Shown here piece after piece: positions 13,301-23,600 of a stretch of DNA of 64,000 nt (positions are counted from its first letter, which is position 1; each line of letters starts with the position of its first letter). Position numbers and translations under genes: made by a program. Under the pieces are notes generated by a model that was not told where the DNA came from, made no database searches, and saw only the letters and a list, made by a program, of their open reading frames with translations. Source of the stretch: Syncephalis fuscata S228 (taxonomy: Eukaryota > Fungi > Zoopagomycota); contig JAHLTZ010000013.1 in the NCBI GenBank assembly GCA_025786725.1, positions 604,899 to 668,898 on the forward strand. Direction: 5' to 3'.

Positions 13301-13723
13301 AATATACAATAGCACTTACCTTCTATTGATTTTAATTTGGCAAATAAAATATATTTAATTAAATTGCTAACTGGCCCGTAATACTACTTGCCTTTTATTA
13401 ATGTTAGTTTGACATAGTAGTATTACAAATACAGTGTTTAATCTACTGTTTATAACAAACTTACCATCTGTTTACATTTTTCATTGTGTTTATTATGTGT
13501 ATGGAGTTGTATAATAAGTAATGTAGCAACAATCCCATGATCACAACTTACTTGCTAATATCACCATTGGTGGTTAAATATAACAACAGTAAGCATATCA
13601 ATTTGCACATTATTGTAATTACAACATACCACGACGGGCTAGAGCCGGTCTAGCTTCCACAATGGCTGTACTGGCTACAAAAGCTATAGTGAGGGTGCAG
13701 GCGACTATAATAAAAAGCTTCAT
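10363..13723 (-). CDS. Microexon gene for a small secreted 6-Cys peptide precursor (74 aa): signal-peptide exon, 40 three-nt microexons and a terminal exon
   Basis: Exon 1 (13723-13630) encodes MKLFIIVACTLTIAFVASTAIVEARPALARR plus 1 nt, followed by GTATGT. Forty ~80-bp units read AG|NNN|GT on the minus strand. The terminal exon (10373-10363) ends in TAA. The joined mature part is ANEEEKCTAYYEKYCVFCKPEDKKSYIDDCIARCNQNRCPNIE with no internal stop. Not in the ORF track; no transcript evidence available here. Confidence 0.85.
10374..13629 (-). repeat. Diverged ~72-87 bp tandem array made of homologous spliceosomal introns
   Basis: Plus-strand unit consensus ~CTATTAATATTAA.TTGTTGATACAC.....ATA.TATATAATTAGTGCATAGCCAATTGATATACAATACCACTTAC followed by 3 variable nt. 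Period mostly 80-83 bp; one unit is 54 bp. Confidence 0.9.
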
Positions 13724-14976
13724 GGTGATATTGATTTGTTAAACAAAGTAAAAAAGTAGAGGATCAAAGTATAGAGTAGAGTGCAGTGAATGCTTGGTAG
13801 AAAGTAGGGTGTAATGAAGATATTGCTGCTATGTGTGTAATTTGCGGCTATTTAAGCTTATAATTGCACTGAGATATAAAACATGTATTGTATGGATTAT
13901 ACCATCGGTGTAATATAAACCAATAGCAATACATTTATATAGTGATCTAAATCGTACATATACCAGTATGTTCATAGTGTGACATTGTGCTGCCTGGCCC
14001 TTTGCTTCAATCTGCTTAGTGTTTAGTCATGTGAAGTGGCAATGATGATGGTTCAGTACATATAATACAGGGGTACATATACCAACCTGTGCTTTGTTGC
14101 CCAATTTGGACATTTAGTTAAAAAACTTGTTCGTTTTATAAAAATAGTAATGACGACTTTGCTGTCACTTTCATTGACAGAAATGCGTAAACTAGTCTTA
14201 ACTCCTTGAGTTATAAAATAAACTGGTTGGTGCATGTGTGTATTCAATCTAACAGTATGAAGATTTTTACAAAAATAAGCAGTGCATTAAATTTGCAAAA
14301 GCATAGTATCAAAATATCATTGTATACTGCACTATTGTCAATGTCTCAAGTAGCGCATTGTCAAAATCGTTCAAAAACCAGTTGCATAATAGGCACTGTT
14401 TGTAATATACTACAGCACATAGTTTACTAGTAGATATTTTATTCAATTACTAATGTTATTGACTATTCAACCGTCCGGCTATCTCAATTGCTTAAATAAC
14501 ACTTACTAAAATGTGGAAATACTAAGCTACAATTGTAGGGCTGCCATAGTTAGATACAGTTAGTTTTGCTATAGTTAGTTTTGCACAGTATATAAACACA
14601 GTTTGCTTGATGTTTTAGTTTCAAATTGCATATTTAAATAATATTATCGAACTCAATATAAATTATTATTAAATTCGACTCTTTTATTATGTTTATATAA
14701 TATAAACATGCTAATACACTAGCACCATATGATTCTAGAATTAAAATAGTAATAAGGCTTTATTATTGATAAAGTGTTCGGAGTAAGAGAATGCCAGATC
14801 AGATCATGACCGTGATGAGTGATCAATTAAGGATCGAGTAGTTCAAATCAGATTCACTCTATCCAAGTAAGTTTTTCTTTTTGCAGTAATTCCGTAGAAG
14901 CGACACCAGTTCTCTTTATCGTGCCTGATTTCTACTCGCGTTGATCTACTCTTTAAACGAAAAGCACCATAGCAAT

Positions 14977-15273
14977 ATGGCTTCACACGGACATGCTTCG
15001 AGCCTCTTTTCCGGCGCCGCCGGTAATGATTCGCCATTTAGCCCAGAAGATCAAAAAGAGCTGGCCGTGTTCCTCGAAACCGAGCAGTCAAAGGCTCGTC
15101 TCCAGAGCTCTATCCATACATTCACGGAAATGTGCTGGGATCGGTGCATTACGGGCAAGATCGGCACAAAGCTATCGTCAAGCGATGAATCGTGTCTAAC
15201 TAACTGCGTAGAACGCTTTCTCGACACTAGCTTGTTGATTGTCAAGCAGTTGGAAAGCAAGCGTGGCAATTAA
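14977..15273 (+). CDS. TIM8: Mitochondrial small Tim chaperone Tim8 (intronless)
   Basis: Twin CX3C motifs (CWDRC...CLTNC) within QKELAVFLETEQSKARLQSSIHTFTEMCWDRC..CVERFLDTSLLIV. ATG at 14977. Confidence 0.93.
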   Translation: MASHGHASSLFSGAAGNDSPFSPEDQKELAVFLETEQSKARLQSSIHTFTEMCWDRCITGKIGTKLSSSDESCLTNCVERFLDTSLLIVKQLESKRGN

Positions 15274-15564
15274 CGCTACACAGTAATAATAATAATAATA
15301 ATAGTAATAGCAGTGGCATAGTAATCATATCCATAACAAGTTTTGTTACGCTAATTAATTGCTTTATTGCTTGTATGGTCTGAAGTCACAAACATTGATA
15401 AAGTATGATGACAATGATGCTGATATTCAAGTAAAACACCGCCTATTGCGATACTATCTATACTTAACTGTCTATTATATTTTAATGTTATTTATTAAAT
15501 ACGATCAATATAAAACATAGTATTCATTATATTAAATTGGTATAGGCTAATCATTTATTACTAT

Positions 15565-17320
15565 CTAAAGTTCAATATCTTCTGAATTGTACTGTTCCAC
15601 GAGTAACTGTCCGATAAAAGACCGTGGCTGGGCACCACTAGTTGATTTGTTAGTATATGCTGTGTCAAACCATCTACAGCCCATTATATTTAATACTTAC
15701 ATATTAGTAATAAACAAATCAATAGACTCTGGCGGTACATATTCATGACGAGGCTGTAACACTTGAACTTCTTTAATCAATTGATCTACAATATAATAAA
15801 TAAAATAATTAATAAGCCATCCACTATCATTGTTACTGGAACATACCTTCTTCAAACGGTAGAATAGCATCCGGTGCACCGTGTACAGTGTATTGACTTG
15901 CATCAAACGGCACAACTGGAGAGAATTTAAATACACCGCAGCATACTACAACAGGTACGTGATGGTGTCGTGCTGCAACTGTAGCGGCCCGACTACCAGC
16001 AATAGCACTTAGACCGCCATTAGCAAATACTATTAAATTATGAGTATAAGCAATTAGTAACACATAGCCTTTAATCTCCTACCTCCATGAGCGCCTATTA
16101 CGACTTTATTCATACGCGACATAACTGCAAATATCGCGGCATCAGGAATAACAGTCGTTTCAATGCCCGCTGCCACTAATGCCGCTGCTTGTTCATGACC
16201 TATATAACTGTAACAATTAAGTGATAAATTGTCAAATAACTAGATAAACTATAATATATCGTTATTTACCTAGGAGCAGATTCGGCCACCACCACTTGAA
16301 ATCGTCGCTTTTTAGCAGCATGCCGTAGAAATTGTTCTACCGTTCTCGATTTGCCAATAGTCAAAATAATTTCACTATATACATAGTAAGTATAATATAT
16401 ATATATGCCAATGGCCACATCTAGCTTACTTTGAATGAATATGATCTAATACTTGACCTGCTACATTGACATAGACATTTTCAAGCTCGTCAATATACTC
16501 TTGAATTGCCTGTATCATATTAGGCTTCAGTCGTAAAAAGCAAAGTAAGTCAAGTTAATAACCGTTATTAGCCAGTGTACTAAGTGCTTATAACAAGGAT
16601 ATTATATGTAGATGTTGCATCATTATCATTGTCGTCGTCGTCTTTATCGTTATGGTTGCTATCATCGTCATCTTGTACAGAATCGGCCGTATCAGCGCCT
16701 ACCCGCATTGCTGCAACCAGATCATTGCCAAACAGTGTAAACATAGACGATGTTGTAGCATATTGATGTTGGCCATGTGTAGACAGCGTTCCTGAACCAG
16801 TGGCAGTAGCACCAGCTGCCCCATGAAGTCGTGGTCCAACAGCGCTGCTAGCCGTATTATTGCTAGTTTCTGGCTGCAATGCTGTTTGATACTCTTCACG
16901 GATCAGTTGCATCACACGTCGACACACATTGCCTACAACCAATTCTGTATGCTATATTAGCGTGGTTAAATAAAATTAATTTAAGCTATTTACTTACCAG
17001 TGGGCTGTGCGGCCACCAATCGACTAGATACTTCGCGAACAACCTTTAAAAGCTGATGCACATTGGCCCAACGACTTGACGATACCACCTGGCGCAAAAG
17101 AAGTGCCGTCTCCAAAGCAATAGGCCAAGAACCCACCACTTGTCTACTCGATAATACACACAGATACATATATAAGTAAGTTGAATCTGAATCCAAGGGA
17201 TAGATTGCAGTTTACAACACACTGCCCACCCCTATATTATATCTACATATCTACATACCGTAATCTTAGACGACTAATAAACCCGTCTACCTCTGTTTGT
17301 AGTGCTTGTGAACCTGTCAT
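15565..17320 (-). CDS. GCD7: Translation initiation factor eIF2B beta subunit, multi-exon
   Basis: Exons give [103 protein letters not shown] and the end QYNSEDIEL*. Confidence 0.9.
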
Positions 17321-18010
17321 AATGCTGAAGTGGTCAAATAGAGCACTTGTTACCAAGGAATGCTCGCTGTAGGTAAAACAAGTAGAAAAAACACTATTCA
17401 AGATCAAAGAATTCCAACCAGTCTTTAGAGTATTACTCTTTTCCTTCACTCACTCGCTCCTATTACTTACACCACCACTTGTCACTACGACTGTCATCTA
17501 AACAGTCAGTTAGGTAACCGGTCATCTAGTTTATACTGTTTGCTTCGTATCTTTCTTTCTAGTGTTTAAATACAACTGTGGATTTGTAGCTAAATACATT
17601 TAGTATTATACAGACACGGGATCTTGCCTCTACTTGAGCAGTAAGTAGTGAACGAACGAACGAACGAGCGAGTGCATGCATTCTTATACTGCATGCTTAC
17701 GTGTTCGAGCGTTTAACCACAACTATTTGTTGAATATACTATCAGCGCCGGTAAGGCTTTCATCGCCATTCACGCCTACACGAGTGGAGGACTGGACACG
17801 GCAGGTGCTTGGTCAGCACGCCTGCTCGTTGGATCGGCACCTCCTTTAACCACTGCTACAACAGCGGCTGGCCAGTCTTCATTGCTGCCATTCTCTGGCT
17901 CATCACCCCTATCGCTTACGCCCGACGGATTAACTGTGGCATCGCGTCTACGCGCCTCTTCTTCTGCCTCGCATATTGTTAATAATAGTAACGGCATTGC
18001 GGGTAACAAT

Positions 18011-19556
18011 ATGCCTTCACAAGAGGGCAAATATATCCGAGAGGTATGGGCGGATAACCTTGAAAGTGAAATGGCTATATTACGCGATCTTGTTGAACAT
18101 TATCCCTATCTAGCCATGGTAAGTTATAATACGCAGTTATAGTGTAGTCGATAGAATGGTCTATATTAATAAGTATTAGGATACTGAATTTCCAGGTGTT
18201 GTTGCCCGACCCATTGGTAGTTTCCGAACTGCATCTGATTATCATTATCAAACATTAAGGTGTAATGTTGATTTGTTAAAGATTATTCAACTGGGCCTTA
18301 CATTTGCCAATGAACAAGGAGAAATGTCACCGGGTGCAGCTACTTGGCAATTTCATTTTAAATTCAGTTTAGCGTAAGTAGTAGCGTGTGTGTTAAATAG
18401 TAAAATATGTAAAACATAATATTAATTTTAATATATATATATATTGATATGTATATATAGCGATGATATGTATGCACAGGACAGTATTGATCTACTAGCC
18501 AAGTCTGGTATTGATTTTAAACGACACGAGGACCGTGGTATTGATGTGCATCTATTTGGTGAATTACTAATCAGTTCTGGATTTGTATTAACACGCGATG
18601 TAAAGTGGATTTCATTTCATAGGTATTTATTGTAATATTGATTATGGATGTGTATTAATGGATCATTAATAGTGGCTATGATTTTGGGTATCTACTTAAA
18701 GTACTTACGTGTTCTCCATTGCCACCTGAGGAAGCAGGATTTTTCTCGTTGCTACATACCTATTTTCCATGCATTTATGATATTAAATATTTGATGAAAA
18801 GCTGTAAAAACCTTAAGGGAGGTCTACAAGATGTGGCCGATGATCTACAGGTACAGCGTGTTGGTCCACAGCATCAAGCTGGTAGTGATAGTCTATTGAC
18901 TTGTACGACATTTTTTAAAATGCGTCAAATGTTTTTTGCTGATCAAATTGATGATGCCAAATATCTGTAAGTAATTAACTAGTGTAATGTATTTATAGTA
19001 TCAATATTAACCACCATTCATTACATCCTATACTATTAGTGGGTATTTATATGGACTGGGTAGTGGTGCACCCGTCAATAATGGTGCAGCTCCTACGCCA
19101 CTTAACTCAGTCAATGGTACACATACAGATGCATCAACACCACAGCCATCATCTTCATCGTCAACCTTGTTATCGATGGCAGCCGCCACCGGATCTATTA
19201 GTATGATTAGCAATACTACAGTTGTTTCTACGACTATGGCAACAGCAACGACAACGACAACACCAAAAGCTATCATTTCAACACCTCCCACATCATCATC
19301 ATCTCATGATGTCAATAAAGAAACTAAAACTGATGATACAACGACTTCAACTACTGCTGCCACTGCACCACCATCGACAACAGAAGATAAAGATCAGTCT
19401 GTTGATACAGCAACAGTAGCAGCAGTAACAACAGTTATTACAGCTACAACTACTGCTGATGTTACAGCCATTACCACTACCACCACCACTACATCTTCTC
19501 CTTCATCTCCTACTTCATCAACTTCAAATCCAACTATTTCTACACCAGCCTCTTAA
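18011..19556 (+). CDS. POP2: CCR4-NOT deadenylase subunit Caf1/Pop2 (CNOT7/8) with Thr/Ser-rich C-terminal tail
   Basis: [14 protein letters not shown]|[38 protein letters not shown]|[34 protein letters not shown] and GYLYGLG (DEDD nuclease). Start could lie further upstream. Confidence 0.95.
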
Positions 19557-19721
19557 ACTAAAGGCTTTTCTGTGTTATATACACCTTCATATACACCTTT
19601 TGGTATACTTGTTTACTCGCAGGCATATAATACTAACGAAGCATGGGATTGTACCGATCCGTTTATGGGTCAACGACTCGTATCACATTTATTTTAATAA
19701 AATAAGAAAGCAGTTTATAAA

Positions 19722-20321
19722 CTATAATTTTGATATTTGTAGTTTGGTTAAACGATCACGAGCAATAGCAATCATTGCTTCTAAAGCTGTGCGGATCTCT
19801 TGTTCACGATGTCCATGTGCTAAGCGATCCTCAAGTACGGGCACAATTTCGGCCCGGCTACGACCATTGACAAATACCATAAAGCAAAAGCCGTACTTTG
19901 CCTCGTAGGCCGTATTGAGCTCGGCCAAACGCGCCAATGTCTCGGCAAGTGGGACGGCAGTCGTTGCGGCCGATCCACCTGACTGACCGCCGCCTTGTTC
20001 TACTTTCGATAGCGCGGAAAGTGAAGCAGTAGGCGCGCCAATACGAGGATGGGCATTAATAACCTCAACGACCTCTTGCTCGGTCAGTCTTGATTCGTTG
20101 TCGTATGAAACGTTGGCATCGCACGCCGCTAGCAGTATCGTTTCGGCTGTCGATATCAGCGACTCATACGACGTGTACGGTCGACGTATCAGTAGTCGTT
20201 GGGCCAGCGGAGGCGCCGTCTCAAATAATACGTTGACCACAGCAAGGAATTGCTCGTCGGGAAGTGCGTTTAAATCGTTTATCGGCGGTAGAGAAGGCTG
20301 TGCGGTTGACGACGACGACAT
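19722..20321 (-). CDS. URAD: OHCU decarboxylase (2-oxo-4-hydroxy-4-carboxy-5-ureidoimidazoline decarboxylase), intronless
   Basis: LFE..P, INAHPRIG, LSKVEQ, LAELNTAYEAKYGFCFMVFVNGRSR and the end MIAIARDRL match the OHCU decarboxylase family. Confidence 0.88.
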   Translation of the reverse strand: MSSSSTAQPSLPPINDLNALPDEQFLAVVNVLFETAPPLAQRLLIRRPYTSYESLISTAETILLAACDANVSYDNESRLTEQEVVEVINAHPRIGAPTASLSALSKVEQGGGQSGGSAATTAVPLAETLARLAELNTAYEAKYGFCFMVFVNGRSRAEIVPVLEDRLAHGHREQEIRTALEAMIAIARDRLTKLQISKL

Positions 20322-20688
20322 ATTGTAACAATATTTGCGTAGAATAATTGGATAGAATAAAGTTAAATTTGGACCATCTTGGCACATCATTCAATTGTAT
20401 CGATGTGAAGTGTTAATCACGTGGATCTATTGCCGTTAGGCAAAGGTATGTGCGCACCGTCATGCGATAAACATTGAATGCGAGTGCCGGCCTTTTAATG
20501 GTCGTGGCCATCGGTCGTTACATATAGACAGCGTCTAAATAAGCAATGTTAAGCCGCCAAGATTAGCGGTTATGGCGTTGATAACGGCAATAAATTAGCA
20601 AATAAATAAAATGAATGATTACTGCTGCATTATGGAGTGCTAGTTGAACCATTAGTTTTGATTCTTATTGTTTAATTAGTAGTTTAGT

Positions 20689-23600
20689 ATGAGTGAGGAT
20701 CGTCCAATTGAGCTAATACCTAGGGAAAATAGCCGTCGCCGACCCACGTCATCGCCGGATCGTGCCGCCAATGCTGCATCTTTTAGCGATGATATCGAGA
20801 ATAAATCGAATCATCAGCATGTCACGTCAAACGTATCGTTAAAAACACCGCTGCCACCACTAGCGCGAGCAAATTGGTTCTCGCGACTAACATTTGGTTG
20901 GATTGGCTCGCTGGTTTCACTAGGCCAAAAGCCTATACTAACTGAAGTCGATATGCCACCTATAAGGTAATTTGACCCAGCTATTTATTCTGTAAATGAT
21001 GCAGTAGGCTAATAATAATAATAATAATACACGTTAGTGACGATGATAATTGTCGTAATTTATCGGATACTATGCTTGATGCATGGAGAATTGAATTGGA
21101 TCGAGTGCGACATATCAAAGGAGCAACGCCTAGTCTGTGGCGTGTATTATTTCGTACATTAAAATCGATACTTTTAATCTCTGGTGTAATGAGTGTACTA
21201 GTTGCGGGGCTTAAAATAGCTGAAGCAATATTACTGGGGTAAGTACTATGTTAATAAAGTGTTATAACATTACAATATTATGATAAAATATACTGTTATT
21301 ATTATTTATTAATAATGGTACTAATAATGACTGTAATTACTAGACAGTTTATATATTTCTTCCAGGATCCACAGGCACCCAATCGTACGGTAAGTAATTT
21401 TAAGCATACTATTTATTGCCTGACTGTATTATATTTAATAATAACAATTTTATTTTGTCTAATGTGGTCTTCATTTAGGGATATTTGTGGGCATTGGCAC
21501 TTATTGGTGTCACTATGACCCATGCATGTTTACAAAGTCAGTATATCTTTCCAGCTCGTCGTATGGGCTTTCAAGCGCGTACCGGTCTTATTGGTAAATA
21601 TTAAATTGCGTATATTATAGATATACACATACCAATCATTATCAATCTATTTAGCTGTATTATATCGTAAAATGCTACGACTACCCGCTAGTTCGTTGAT
21701 TTCATCTGGTGAAGCCATTAATATCATATCAAATGATACCCAGTGCTTCGAAACGCTTGCTCCATTACTTCACGATTTATGGATTGGACCGACCGAGTCC
21801 ATGATTGTTATATTTCTGCTGTGTATTACACTTGGTTGGCCAGCACTTATAGGTGTAGGAATTGTTGTGATATCTGTACCGGTCAACGCATGGATTACTC
21901 GTCAGCTAATGTTTATTCGCATGGGACTTGTTACGCATCGAGTAAGTAATGCAATACAATAAATTAAAATAACCTGTTTATTTATTGCTTTATTTCTAAT
22001 TATAGGATTCAAGAATTAGATTACTAAGCGATATATTTCACGGCATTGAACTTATTAAATTGTTAGTCTATTGTTAACGTGTATAGCACATACTTACATT
22101 TTACTAGATCTGCATGGGAAGAGCCATTGGAAAACGAGGCTAATAAACAACGAAATGAAGAAATGCAATTCTTTTTGCAAAATTTAAAATATGCTACAGT
22201 ACTGTTTTCATTTTTCTCTAATATTACAAGTAAGTAATAATTAGCACAAATATGATTAATTACTAATTATTGGTATAGATGTGCTTGCTATCAGTACATT
22301 TGCTGTATATGTGGCTATCGGCAATGAATTACAGCCAGATATTGTTTTTTCATCGCTAGCTTTGTTAAATATTGTTCGTTTAGCAGTTGGAACAAGATTT
22401 CCAGCTGCTTTACGTTTACTTGCTGAATGTATCGTTGCTGCAAGGCGTATAGTATCATTATTGACACTGCCAGAAAATGCACCACTATCCATTGATGATA
22501 GTCGATCGTTAATTTCAGATCCAAGTCTCAATGATAGTTCTGTATCAAAGCCAATTATGGAATTTAGAAATGCCAACTTTACCTGGGCTCCCTTAACTCA
22601 ACCATTACTACCCGTTAAATCTAAAGTAATAGCAAATAAACGTAAGTAGTAGTATTTATATTGATATAGCTTTATGTTTATCCATTTAACTAGATGAAAT
22701 GGCCACCGATATACCATTAAAATCTAATTCAGAAGCAAATAATGTATTAAAAAATATTAGTTTTGATTTATTGGATGAGGAGCTACTGGTTGTTGTCGGA
22801 CCGGTGGGCGGGTAACTAATTAGCTAATCTAAATAGTTGAATTATTCTAATGCATCTATATAGTGGCAAATCATCATTATGTATGGCTGCTTTACAAGAA
22901 ATACACGCCGTATCAGGCAATGCAGCATTTTTTACAACAAACACCAATACCGCTGGTCGTGGTCGTATTGGCTATGCACAACAGCAGCCATTTCTGCTGT
23001 CAGGCACAGTAAGAGATAATATTACCTTTGGCGAACCCTATGATCCCGATTGGTTTGCTCGAGTTGTGGAGGCATGTGCACTCCGAGAAGATCTTGAAAA
23101 GCTATCGCACGGTGATATGACATTTGTCGGTGAACGAGGCATTACACTTAGGTAGGCAATATTTACCCCCCCCCAATAGTTATACAGTATATTCATTATA
23201 ACAAATATAGTGGAGGTCAAAAAGCCCGTGTAGCACTGGCCCGTGCCATTTACACACCGGCCGATTATTATGTCTTTGATGACCCATTATCGGCTGTTGA
23301 TCCACACGTAGCCCGTCATCTATTTGATCAAGCCATTTGTGGATTGCTAGCTGGCCGACCACGGCTACTTACTACACATCAGCTTCAATTTGTATTTCAA
23401 TGTGATAGAATATTGGTATTAGAGAATGGCGAGATAACCGCACTGGATACACCAAGTAATGTACTAGCAACATTGGTGGAAATCGATGCTACAGATTCTA
23501 CCAACAATGATGAACAAGGTTTTATTCATCAATTGCGCCAATATATGCAAAATGAAAGCAGTGCAAGTCAAAGTGCCAGTGAAGAAGTAAAAGATAGCGA

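Noticed and set aside
10374-13400. CRISPR array or plain satellite interpretation of the ~80-bp repeat
   Set aside because: Eukaryotic context, no cas genes and no unique spacers. The only invariant positions are splice dinucleotides flanking 3 variable nt that join into a coherent ORF.
19722-20321. Horizontal origin of the intronless, GC-richer OHCU decarboxylase
   Set aside because: TIM8 and the 5' exons of other genes here are similarly GC-rich or intronless, and the sequence resembles fungal family members. No support without a phylogeny.
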